64,000 nt of DNA from a virus. Lineage: Duplodnaviria; Caudoviricetes. Positions within the stretch are counted from its first letter, which is position 1. Every line of letters starts with the position of its first letter. Shown piece by piece: positions 20,207 to 31,196 of the stretch. The notes under the pieces are model-generated. The model was not told the DNA's origin. It saw only the letters and a list, made by a program, of their open reading frames with translations, and did not search any database. Both the position numbers and the translations under genes were made by a program. The stretch is taken from IMG/VR virus record IMGVR_UViG_2808606549_000001, positions 63,535 through 127,534 of that record; one strand, written 5' to 3'.

Positions 20207-20752
20207 TTACATCCTCCATATCCTCATTAACCTTTGGTTACGGTAAATCAAATCAAATGACAGAATGAAGAATGTAAGCAGCATGGTGTTAGATAGGAAA
20301 TATGATAGTATACAGACCGCACATGAAATTATTTTATGTATGTTATTTCCATTATGTTTTGTGTGATATGGGCTAAGGAACAGATTAACGATTATGGCGA
20401 ACAATGTCACTGCTACATAAAAACTTTGAGGTGGATCGTTGTGACTTATCAAGGGATTTACGAGGATAGCGCCTGTCGTGACCAAAAGACATGAATCTGG
20501 AGTATTAAAGTGATTGCCACCATTCCAAATGCGAATAATCGCAAGCGATATAGTTGATATGATTACTTCCTTTAGCACCCCAAAGTAGATCCCTGTGAAA
20601 ATTAGTATTGGTAATAACAATAAGTAAATTGCTATAACTCCCAATTTCTTTTCCATTCTTAGTATATCATTATCTATATCTTCTGAGATGTAGTTTTCTA
20701 AATTATTATAAATCCCTTTTGCTATGTATTCGCATAATTTCTGTATTGGCAT
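20207..20752 (-). CDS. agrB: AgrB-family peptide-processing membrane protease
   Basis: IRIWNGGNHFNTPDSC matches AgrB RxxxGGxH...C with catalytic His and Cys; multiple TM segments. Confidence 0.85.
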   Translation of the reverse strand: MPIQKLCEYIAKGIYNNLENYISEDIDNDILRMEKKLGVIAIYLLLLPILIFTGIYFGVLKEVIISTISLAIIRIWNGGNHFNTPDSCLLVTTGAILVNPLISHNDPPQSFYVAVTLFAIIVNLFLSPYHTKHNGNNIHKIISCAVCILSYFLSNTMLLTFFILSFDLIYRNQRLMRIWRM

Positions 20753-20789
20753 GTTTCACCTCGTTTTCCACTTGGCAACTCCTTATGTA

Positions 20790-20823
20790 TGTAACTTAGC
20801 ATATTCGATTTACCAAAGTCAAT
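20790..20823 (-). promoter_or_regulatory. Putative sigma-A promoter of the agr-like operon
   Basis: TTGACT -35 and an extended -10-like TGCTAAGTT upstream of agrB. Confidence 0.45.
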
Positions 20824-20860
20824 CCTTTTTAAGATAAATATTCATTATTTACTTTAATAT

Positions 20861-20890
20861 TAAAAAAAGTCCTAGAAATTTATCTAGGAC
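20861..20890 (-). terminator. Terminator after the MrpR-like gene
   Basis: GTCCTAGA-TAAATT-TCTAGGAC followed by T7 on the minus strand. Confidence 0.8.
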
Positions 20891-21855
20891 AGATTATAAA
20901 CCTCTTTTACTGTATCTAAATTCAAGAACTCTGATCTCAATCGCTGCATGCTTTGATTGTTTGTAATATTGAACTTATCAGCAATGACCTTATATTCTTC
21001 ATCATCTAATCTTCCGGTTTGCTGATACAGTTCTTTTGCAACGAAGAGCATGGCGCTTTCAAGAATATTGGTTGGCGTAAAATTTTCCTCTCCAAGATCA
21101 TCTTTAATCGTCTTTAATCTTCTATGGACGATTGTGAAATCGGCTTCATCGAATCTGATTGTGTGTGTCTGGGCGGACCTGATGATATATTGGTTATCAA
21201 CTAATGCAGCCGTTTCCGACCGAATATCCTTGCTCACATTGCCATTCTTTTTTTCGTAATACAATTCACGTAATGCTTTTTCACAAAGAGCAATACAACG
21301 ATCATCAACTGATACTGTACGTGTGGTTCCGTCTTCGTCTGTAACCGTTAATTGGTTCTTATCAGCATGGACGTCACTGCGTTTAAGGTTGGTTATCTCA
21401 GCGTTCCTAGAGCCTTTTACACCGTTCCAGAGCAGCGACACAATGGCTGCGTCCTGAGCATTAACCAACTTGTTTAGAATGCTGTTTATCTCACTGTCAG
21501 TCCAATACTTTTTAGATGCTACTTTAAATTGTTCCTGCCATGCCTTATCAACACTATCCAATGGATTTAAACCTTTTCTATAGCCTCTCTCAATACTCCA
21601 TTCGATATATTTCGACACATATTTGCAGTTATTCCTGCTAGCATACTCTGTCGTAGGTAAGAACAAATAGAACAATCTTCTTAGTTCTTCTCTATTGAAA
21701 CTATACAGATCCTTACCAAGTTCCTCTTCCATCTTGTAAGATATCTTAAATGTTCTATCTAGAATTTTCTTTGTTCCTGGACCAAAGCCTGAATCAATAT
21801 ACTCTTTTTTTATCTCTTCGTTGTACCACTTATCTTCATACAAAACATTAGCCAT
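20884..21855 (-). CDS. yopR: SPbeta YopR/MrpR-like master repressor (degenerate tyrosine-recombinase fold)
   Basis: YNEEIKKEY, KDLYSF, YIEWSI, LVNAQD.AI..LLWNGV.G, LVDNQYII, FTPTNI..S recalled as co-linear with YopR; lacks the HxxR and catalytic motifs. Confidence 0.75.
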   Translation of the reverse strand: MANVLYEDKWYNEEIKKEYIDSGFGPGTKKILDRTFKISYKMEEELGKDLYSFNREELRRLFYLFLPTTEYASRNNCKYVSKYIEWSIERGYRKGLNPLDSVDKAWQEQFKVASKKYWTDSEINSILNKLVNAQDAAIVSLLWNGVKGSRNAEITNLKRSDVHADKNQLTVTDEDGTTRTVSVDDRCIALCEKALRELYYEKKNGNVSKDIRSETAALVDNQYIIRSAQTHTIRFDEADFTIVHRRLKTIKDDLGEENFTPTNILESAMLFVAKELYQQTGRLDDEEYKVIADKFNITNNQSMQRLRSEFLNLDTVKEVYNLS

Positions 21856-21864
21856 CGGTATACC

Positions 21865-23208
21865 TCACTTCAACAGTTTGTCAGCTTGTTCTTCAAATAA
21901 CTTACGAATCTCGCCTTTAACCTTATTGGAGTTAACTTTACCTTGGCCAGCCATCAGATTGTTCAGTTGAGTACCTTCTTTTTTCTCAAAGTTGATACTG
22001 TCAATTACCTTCACAATGTCATCAACTGGGAAGTCTTTTCCGTACTTCTTATAAAGTTTACCAGCAAGCGCAATAAAACCAACGAACATGTTGTGATGTA
22101 CAAACCAAGAAGTTTCAATTAACTTGGATTTCTCTTTACCAAATTGATCTTCATAGTTAGCCATAAAATAACCAAAAAACTTCTTCAGTGCGTCTAGAAT
22201 ATCATAACGATCTTTGGCATTTTGAGGTTCAAATACTGATTCTATTGTATCAGACAAAATGGCAAAGTTTGTTAACAAATTGAGTTTTTTATCTAGAGCA
22301 GTTTTAATTGATATTCTGTTCTTAAACTCGTGAATGTTCATTAAATCTTTTGCAATCTGAGCACCAATTGTTTCTGCTTTGTAGTGCTTTACAAGAGTTT
22401 TATCAAAGGGATTTACTGTGTTGATCTGGCCTAGTAAGAACTGAGCTTCTTCCAGTGGATAGTGTTTAATCTGAACACCAATATAACCTTCAATATTAGG
22501 TTCTTCCTCAAGTACATTCAGGATCGCAGTAAGTCGATGCATTCCATCAATTAGGTTAATTGTAGTACCTTCAAAAATAGTTAACTGTCCATCTTCAAAA
22601 GTAATCTTGTCATTACCATCAACAAGGATATTTAACAACAAAGCATCAGGCTTATACTTACCTTCAACCATCAACTTAGTAATCGCTTTAACACTCTTCT
22701 GTTGAACATCTTCTTTCTCAACAATCTGACCTGTTCTCTTACTTAATCGTTTTTTACTTAATCTTTGAGTTTGGAAGTTGTAAGTAATTACTCCTGCGTT
22801 CCAGAGGGCCGCAATTTCCTGGAAACTAATATATGTGATATAGTCTCTACCTGTCGGAAATTCGGTCACATGGCGAAGCGTATATGGATATTCAATGGCT
22901 TTCTCGTCTTCGTACTTATACTTAGCAGCCGCTTTAACCTGTTTTTGAGTAAAGAATATCGAAGGATCAATTTTTACGTTTTCTGTGACCTTATGTAGAG
23001 CCACAGTATAAAATGCAATTTCTTCATCAGACAACTGCTGTACTTTCTCTGTGTTTGCAACTAATTCAACAAATGTTCCTCTAGGTACATTGTGCTCAGT
23101 AGCGAGTGTGTCATCAATAGTTCTAATTAGTTCTTTGTTTTGTGCAATTTCAGTTAGAACCTCTGGAAGAATATCCTGAATAGATCTCGTTTCAATTGCT
23201 TCACTCAT
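21865..23208 (-). CDS. yopQ: YopQ-like DGQHR/DndB-family protein
   Basis: YNFQTQR, NLIDGMHRL, GQINTVNP; directly upstream of the yopR-like gene as in SPbeta. Confidence 0.75.
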   Translation of the reverse strand: MSEAIETRSIQDILPEVLTEIAQNKELIRTIDDTLATEHNVPRGTFVELVANTEKVQQLSDEEIAFYTVALHKVTENVKIDPSIFFTQKQVKAAAKYKYEDEKAIEYPYTLRHVTEFPTGRDYITYISFQEIAALWNAGVITYNFQTQRLSKKRLSKRTGQIVEKEDVQQKSVKAITKLMVEGKYKPDALLLNILVDGNDKITFEDGQLTIFEGTTINLIDGMHRLTAILNVLEEEPNIEGYIGVQIKHYPLEEAQFLLGQINTVNPFDKTLVKHYKAETIGAQIAKDLMNIHEFKNRISIKTALDKKLNLLTNFAILSDTIESVFEPQNAKDRYDILDALKKFFGYFMANYEDQFGKEKSKLIETSWFVHHNMFVGFIALAGKLYKKYGKDFPVDDIVKVIDSINFEKKEGTQLNNLMAGQGKVNSNKVKGEIRKLFEEQADKLLK

Positions 23209-23808
23209 TAACTCATCTCCTCACTTAGATACAACTACACTATTTTATACTGCGTTTGTCATTGACTATAGTATACACAATTAAAATTAAAAAATACACT
23301 CCCCTACATAAAAGAGGGAGTGCATTTTGAATGAATTTATTATGAAATTTCTAATTATTAGCCTCCTTGCTTTGATTCAGACGCTTATCTGTTTCAATTT
23401 TACCCTAACACTATCTTGTACTTATTATCTAAACAGTAATGGAAGGCATCAATTCTGTATGTAAAAACCTTAATTTCCTCTTGAGTTTTCTTATCAATAA
23501 CAACCCACAAATCCTTCCTGGAGCCATCTAAAGGACGTGAAATTATAACCTCTTTCAAGTTAATTGAACTCCTCATATAAGGCGTATACTTTATCTCTGA
23601 ATTCCCTTCTAATTCGATTCCTATTCATCCAATCGTCTGCATCTGAAACGCTCAGTGCTACGTCCTGCACACCCTTAATCATGCGTACAGCAGCGACAAT
23701 GGACTCAACAGTTTCTTCTCCGTAATCATCGTTTAGAGACACATAGAAACCCTTAATTGGATCAGACATAATTATTATATCACCTCATGAAAGTATGTTT
23801 TTATCAGA

Positions 23809-24630
23809 TTACAGTTTTCTATAACCTTTATTCAGAAGTTCTACTCTTTCGAGACTGAGATTTGCACTAGTTTCACCTGAAATGATCGCTTCTAATGTAT
23901 TACTTAATTCAAGTTCAATACTATTTATCAAATCCAAAAGAACATGTGGATTATTTAACTCCATTGGCATTACAACTCTACTGAAATTATCTTCACTAAA
24001 GATAACGTGTACATGACCAATGAGCAAGTCATCTTGAATCCATAAATAATTTTCTTTCTTATTCACCATGTCCTGATACATTAATCTCAATCTCAAAAGA
24101 ATCATTAAAGCAGATCTAATTTTAAAATAGGCGTCTTCACCTAAAAAAGGTCTCTGCGTTACAAGATTCTCCGTAAGAGACGTTGTGTCTAAACCTCTTG
24201 GTGAACTGCGTTCATCAATTGACTTTAAGTTTAAGTAGTCCTTGTCGTCCAAGTTATTCAAAACACTGAAATATTCAGATTGTTTAATTATAGAAAAAAA
24301 GTTGATAATCGGCGCAACATATTTTCGAGTATCGATATATTCATGCCATGCAATCTCAATTGCTTGGATACGACGATTTTGGACGACTTGACTCATGGCG
24401 TGGAAATGTTCCAGATTTTTTTGTTTTAGTGCATTCAATTGACTGATTTCAAGCTTTAGTTTCTCGATCTGTGTTTGTGTAGACGCAGTATAAGATAATT
24501 TTTCTTTCTCAAAATTTTGCTTGTTACTTTCAAGTCTCCGATCAATACTTCCTTTTATTAGAACGCCTATTACTCCTGTAATTGAAGCACTGACAACTGC
24601 ACTGGTGAGTAAAGTGGTCCAATTAAACAT
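23809..24630 (-). CDS. Membrane-anchored coiled-coil hypothetical protein
   Basis: N-terminal TM segment then a coiled coil; bounded by motifs at 23787 and about 24644. Confidence 0.6.
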   Translation of the reverse strand: MFNWTTLLTSAVVSASITGVIGVLIKGSIDRRLESNKQNFEKEKLSYTASTQTQIEKLKLEISQLNALKQKNLEHFHAMSQVVQNRRIQAIEIAWHEYIDTRKYVAPIINFFSIIKQSEYFSVLNNLDDKDYLNLKSIDERSSPRGLDTTSLTENLVTQRPFLGEDAYFKIRSALMILLRLRLMYQDMVNKKENYLWIQDDLLIGHVHVIFSEDNFSRVVMPMELNNPHVLLDLINSIELELSNTLEAIISGETSANLSLERVELLNKGYRKL

Positions 24631-27600
24631 TCTTCTTCACCTCATGAAATCGTCAATTTGATCAACTATAAAGAGCAAGTAACATTATCTTTTGTAAGCA
24701 TTGAGCAGAGTAAAACCAATGAAAGCAAAGATTTTAAAATCTGTTCTTTCAGTTTCAAAATCAACTACTTGTTGAAGTTGATCAATTATTTGCTCTTCAG
24801 TTAATTCATTTTTATTGCTAATATAAACAATTTTCGTAATTGGTCCGTTTTCAGTTGCAATCTCGTATGACACTTGATACGCGTAGTTTCCTCGTACAGT
24901 CGCTTCCAACGTCTTATTAAATGGCAAATAATTAAAGTTCATCGATCTTTATCCTTTCCTGATGAAACTGTTATTTTATCGTAATTTTTTTAATTGTATT
25001 CACACGTTCCTCAGCTTCTTTCAACCATTCCTCTTTTATTCGAGTGGCAAGATCAAGGAGTGGCTTTTTCTTCGCACAAAAATAATACACGCTATTATAT
25101 TGGGAGACTTCATCAGTTATAGATCCAATATGATTATGAAATACCTTTCTAAGTGGTTTAATTTCGATTTTCGTTTCACTCTTGTCGACATATAGATTGT
25201 ACATATGGATTCTCCTTACTTCCTATGAATGAGTCTTTTTATTGATTTAATACTTTTCGATATCGCTTTACCATTTCATACAGTAGTGGCTCGGTGATTA
25301 AATGAATCAGATACTTAACTCCACCATTCTCTTCGCAGAACTTTTCATAAGTGCTACGCAGAACTCCATCTTCTAAGACTCCCGTTTTACGCCAAGACTC
25401 ATTTTCATTGAATGCTTTCTCGATTTGCTCATCAGTTAGTTCGCTCATCATTTGCTCAATTGTTTTCATGATATTATCTCCTTATGAAATAGTATAATTA
25501 TTTACCTGTGAGGACTTCTTTTAATCTAATCCAAGCTTCTTCATAACTGCTGGCTGTCACCTCAAGCCTAACTGACCTGTCGCTTCTATAATAGAATTTC
25601 CAACATTTCCTTTCAGGCAAACGATCCGGCAGCTCCCACAGTTTTTCAAGTTCCATTAGTCATCCAACCTTCTCAGAGCTGCGTCATTGGCGTCACAAAC
25701 CTTCTCAGCCATTTCCCTAATTATCTGTCTCCTTGACTCCTTAGTGCGGTCTATAAAGCGTCTAAACATCTCATTCAACACAGCATGATTCATGTCATCT
25801 AAATTCAACTCAGATTCATATTGGTCATCATGATCATCACACCATTTTTCAAGTAATCCGCCACGTTTAAATGGTTCCTCAATAGCTTGAACCAATTCGA
25901 TATCAGTTTTATTTTCAATAAATTCTCTCTTCACTTCGTTATACATCATTTTACATTCTCCCTATCGTGGAAGTCTCAAATCAGAAACCTTACTGATCAA
26001 ATCACGCAGGAATATCATCAAGTCTCTTTCGGTTAGTTTACATTCCGCTTCCTGTACCTTTAGGATATTACCAATGCACTCATTCATCAACTCATTCTTG
26101 TATGATTGTTGAGTTGCTTTTAAATCATCAACGGCATTTCCCAGAGCATATTCAGCCCTACTCATTTCACTAAAAGCGTTCATAACATTTTCATTTTTCA
26201 TTTATATGTCATCTCCTCATGAAGTGGATTTTTTATTTACTCTTCAACAAAATCTAAAAGCATATTATCTATAACATGGGATGTATGTTTGGCCTCTCCG
26301 TCAAGGAACACAACTTTGCTGCGAATATCTTCTTTCCAGACTACTTCAGCAGTGTCACCTTCGTTTACGAGTAATCGCTCTTTTGACAAGTGTCGATAAA
26401 CAACAAAGTTCTGGTTTACAATTGCATTCATATAAATCTCCTCTCTTTTCTGATAAAACTGACATTTCATTGGATTTCTACTTTAATGCTTAGAAACTTC
26501 TTACCGCTTTTTTGATGAGAGAAACATACGTCAAATGAGTTGGCATCGCATTCGACAATATTGTAATCAACTTGATAAGCTGCGCAGACGCCAGTTAAAT
26601 ACCCAGAACTATATTTATACTCTGAAGATTCTTCTCTTTGGTAAACCACCGACTTAACCATGTAATATATATAATTTTGTGCGGCCATTTTGAGTAGTTC
26701 ATTTCTTTGATTAATATACCTCACTTCCTTTTAAATAATCACCATTTAATTTCTTCTTAATTTCATCTTTGAATTCAGTTGTAATCCTTTCGCCTTTAAT
26801 CGAGTATGTAATATCTTCAGCAAAGGGCAACCAGGACTTAATTTCCTCGAATAGTTCATCAGTTACCATAACGCGGACATCACCTTTATAAGCAGGACAG
26901 CGTTGGTAGAACTCCTTACCACGCTCAATGACGAGTACCTGTGGCCTTCCCGTTAGAACATGCTCCTGCCACTCTAGGATGCTTTGAGCGCTGTCGCTTA
27001 GATCCTTCCATTGCATTTAATCTCACTCTCGCTTTCCAATGAAATTGCATCTCTTATTTGCTTATTAGGTTAGAAAGTGTGTTAGTGCACTCGTCACACA
27101 GAACCATTTGATTTAAATTGTTTTTACTTGTGTCTCCAGCAAAGATAATATTCACCTTCTTGCTCTCTTTGCAGGAGTCACAAGTTTCAAATCCACCTCT
27201 AATTAAAATCCCCATTTCTGCATTCGCACCTCATAAAAGTGAAATATCATTGTATTATACCTCTACTAAGTATTTAGATTCTATCCAATATTTCTGCCCA
27301 ATTTCAGAAGCTACATCATGTTTCAACACTTGCACACAAACACTATCATTTCTGTATTCGGTAATTATTGCTTCTTTGATCATTACTACTGCGTCAGTAT
27401 GTGCTTTAGCAGCCATCGCTTTTGGTTTAACCTTTAGTCCATCTAGTTGTTCAGACAAAATGGCGTCGATTCGAAATTTAATATCCTTCATAACTAGCCT
27501 CCCATGAAAGTCAGTTTTTATCGCCTTTCTCCATTAAGACAATAACCACAAACGTTTTCACCTTTTACAACTTTCCATCCAAGCCTCTTTAGGAATTTAT

Positions 27601-27736
27601 CAGCAGTGCTTTTATTTTTCCCTAGATCGGATGGATTACAATCGCCACTGGCCCAATTACCACATCTGGAGCAATAACAATCATAATATCTCATTAGTTC
27701 GAGTTGTATTTTACATCACCTCATTCCCCATGAAAT

Positions 27737-28381
27737 TCAGGTTTCCTTGGAATCTAATTTCAAAATCTGATTATAAACTTTCTCATTAATCCTACTTTTG
27801 CCAAGTTCTAAAAGTGAAACATATTGTTTTGTAATACCTAACAACTCACCCATTTCAGTTTGAGTCTTTTGTAGTTTTTTTCTCAATTCTCGCAACTGTT
27901 CTCCGCTCATCAATGTAACTTTTATTTTCTTCTCTTTGAATTTTATTTTCTTCGTTTTGACTTTCTTAATTACTTTATATTTCTTACCTTTGTTGTTACC
28001 TCTTAGACAGCCACAGCTTTTAGTTGATCCATTTTTAAGGCTCCCCAATAATGGTTCACTTAGATTACCGCATTCACACAAACAGCGATATCTCTTGTGT
28101 CTGCTTTTTTCATTGCTGACTCTTTCTAATATTTTTAGTTTGCCATATACCTTTCCAATTTCCTGATCGGTTCCTACAATGCCTTTAAATTGTGTTAAGT
28201 TATATGCATTTTCTAAATGTGCTTCAGCAGCTGCTTTAGAAGAAAATCGTCTTTGCAATTCTATGGCATTTTGTTTATAAATAGTTGCGTGCCAAATTCC
28301 TTTCCACAATTCGATTACTCCACGAAACTCTTCATTTTGTGCCTCCCATCGCATACTTCCTGATCTCTCCTTAATAATCAA
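27737..28381 (-). CDS. XRE-HTH protein with CxC/SCGC module
   Basis: CLCECG...SCGC plus C-terminal LRELRKKLQKTQTEMGELLGITKQYVSLLELG. Confidence 0.7.
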   Translation of the reverse strand: MIIKERSGSMRWEAQNEEFRGVIELWKGIWHATIYKQNAIELQRRFSSKAAAEAHLENAYNLTQFKGIVGTDQEIGKVYGKLKILERVSNEKSRHKRYRCLCECGNLSEPLLGSLKNGSTKSCGCLRGNNKGKKYKVIKKVKTKKIKFKEKKIKVTLMSGEQLRELRKKLQKTQTEMGELLGITKQYVSLLELGKSRINEKVYNQILKLDSKET

Positions 28382-30606
28382 TCACATTTCCATCCGCATG
28401 GTTTCCAATAAAACAACTCTTTCATTATCTTCCTACGAATTTCTCTTTGATAAAATCTGCTGCATCATAAAACCCGAACTTATTTGCAATTGTATATAGG
28501 TCGCTCATCTGTTCATTTAATGAATCTTGTCGTTGAGTGCATTGTTTTACTTTCTTAAATTCATCTTTCCAAAATGCCTTATCCTGGAGTTCTGCAAACT
28601 CGCTTTCAGTCAATAAGTCCTCTGGTTTCTCACGATTGGTATAGTAATATAATTCGAAACCATCATACAATCCACCTTCAACTGTAAGTAAAACTTCATT
28701 GGATTCAACATAAACTAAATTCATTTTTTGGTGTTTACTAATAACTACTTCGTTGTTGTCGTCGTCAGTGGTTTCGATTTCGCTTGCTGTATAAAACACC
28801 TTATTCTTACTTAATTGTTCCCATGTTTGCATTTACCTATCTCCTTATAAGTGGGGTTGATGAAACTAGTATTTTATCTACTCATGTTCGATTAGCAGAT
28901 CCATCTTTCTTCCTTCTTCCGCAATTCGAGTGTAATACTTAAATCTAACATCATAAATGTTCCAGTCGTGTATTTTATCCTCCAAGAATGCCGTTATACC
29001 ATGCTGCAATTTAGGATTATCAATTGTTCTCTTAATAGGATTTTCAATTTTCTCGCCTGTTTGAGTATCGAATTTATCTCCTTCAAACATCCGTTCCTCA
29101 TCTAAAATTGACCAGACACGTTTTATCTTGATACCTAGCAAACCCATATCTTCTAACAGTGTATACGAAACATTAGGGATTCCTCTTACAATCTTATAAG
29201 GCATCTTTTCACCCCTTCCTCCATTCTGAATGAAACGAGTCCTTTATCGAAACATTAATCTTCAATTTCCATGTCTCTAACTCTTTCTCCGTCAACCCAT
29301 ACTTCGATTTTTCTATAAATAAATGCCTTTTTAGCAGCCTTGTATTTTAAAACGGCTTTATCAAAATCCGTTCCAACATAAATGCTTTCGTTATTATCAC
29401 TTAACATGCTCTCACCGATAACCAAATATACTTCCATTTTTGGCACCCTCTCTCTTCTTCTCATGAAACCAATCTTTTATCGCCTCTTTATTCTTGCCTC
29501 TTCAGCTCTTTTCCCGCGAGCTGCCCACTGCAATGCCTTAGTTCTATATTCACCAGCTTTGTCATATTTTCCTCTCGCCGCTGCTTGTTTGCTCTTTGTT
29601 TCCCAATGTCCTGCTCTATCATTGCAATATTTTGAAGTATCTCTACTTTGAATAATATGCTCCCCCATCTCCATGAAATCTCCGTTTCATTCAAATCTCT
29701 AATGAAGGTTCTTCTTCAATAAGTTCGCCATCCCATTTAGAGCCGTAATACCATTTTTGCAGTTCCTTAGTTGCAGCATAAATTGTCTTTGCTACTTTCG
29801 ACTCAAATCCGACTTTTACAGATACGTAATCTTGAAATTCGCATGACATGTCGGTATCGATAGTTCCATCATCATTAAATCGAATGTAGCCATTTCGAAA
29901 TTCAATTTCCCCACGATGCTCTTTGATCCATTCGAGTGCTCTAATATCACTCATATTAAACATTAAGATCACTCCTTTTGCCAGGAAATCAGTTATTCAT
30001 CGAATATCTTTAACCTTGCTTACCAAATCATTGATAAAAATCTTCAAATCAAACTCCGTAATATCTCCAGATTCTTTCTTAATCTTTATAATCCCTTCAA
30101 TACACTCTTCTATGAGTGAGTTAGTGTATGCTTTTTGCGCTACTCTCAGATCATCGTTTGCAGAACGTGCCTTATGTTCAGCTTCGCTCAATTCTTTTCG
30201 AGTTTGTTTATGAGTTTCATTCATCTCTAGCACCCCTTGAAATTAGATTTTCGTTTACTTTCTGCCGCACAACTGACCTATTTGAAAATACTTTTATTTT
30301 CTGTTTTTAAACTATTCCAGACTCCTTCATATTTCGAGATGATATCTTTTAGCGACTTCAAAATTTCGCCATTCAATTCCAAGCGCACTTCTTTGTCATC
30401 AACTCTAACTAAAGTAATAGTTTCTCGATCCTCATCTACTTCAATTTCGTTTGGAAAGTTAACATCGTTCAACCATGAAAAGGCATTATCTTGATTTGCC
30501 CATTCTGTCAAAGGATTGCTACTGATTTGCAAGTCTTCGTTAGCTTCTTTGCTCGCAAATTCTTTTTTGATTGTTGTCTTCTTCATAATTTTAACATCTC
30601 CTCTTT

Positions 30607-31101
30607 TTATTTGATCTCTTCAACATTCTCTTCTGGTATTTGAAGCAGCTCTTTCAACTTTACGAAATGTTCTTCATAAATCGCTTGGCCTCCACGTTCC
30701 CATAGCCCGACTAATTGTTTGTGGACTCCGATATATTCTGCAACATCTTGCTGCAAAAGATTCGTTGCCTTCCGAATCGCCTTCAAGTCTGCAACTTTAA
30801 ATTTACGTCTGCGTGGAGGCTGATTCTGAGCAATTTCATCTTCAATTTCTTCCTTGTCTTCATATACCTCACCGCTCTCATCAATCACCGCTACGACTCG
30901 CTCAATCGGAATGTTAAAGTGTTCGCAAATTTTGTTTATCGTTCGAAGCGTTACAGTATCAGTATCGTTATTGATTGCTACAGCAGTCGTAGTAGAAATG
31001 ATGCCGTTGTGGTGCAGATAATTCATATGCACACCATTTTCGGCCAGAAATGACCTCAATGGTTCGAAACTTATCAATTCGTATCCCTCCTCTATATCCA
31101 T
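30607..31101 (-). CDS. Tandem XRE/Cro HTH regulator
   Basis: Two HTHs: TLRTINKICEHFNIPIERV and LKAIRKATNLLQQDVAEYIGVHKQLVGLWERG. Confidence 0.8.
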   Translation of the reverse strand: MDIEEGYELISFEPLRSFLAENGVHMNYLHHNGIISTTTAVAINNDTDTVTLRTINKICEHFNIPIERVVAVIDESGEVYEDKEEIEDEIAQNQPPRRRKFKVADLKAIRKATNLLQQDVAEYIGVHKQLVGLWERGGQAIYEEHFVKLKELLQIPEENVEEIK

Positions 31102-31182
31102 ATTATAGCATCGTTTAGTTATAAAATCAATAAAATATTATTGCGATATTACCGGACAGACGACAAAAACAGAACGGATATG

Positions 31183-31196
31183 CGAACATATGTTTG
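31183..31196. promoter_or_regulatory. LexA (Cheo) box
   Basis: CGAACATATGTTTG resembles the Bacillales CGAAC-N4-GTTYG box; lies between the divergent HTH gene and a plus-strand ORF (likely ATG at 31273). Confidence 0.65.

Noticed and set aside
20884-21855. Active prophage integrase
   Set aside because: Lacks the catalytic R and HxxR motifs; resembles the MrpR repressor.
21865-23208. Dnd phosphorothioation or GmrSD restriction system (with DUF262 at 45374)
   Set aside because: No DndCDE or HNH/GmrD partner; the two genes are far apart and single.
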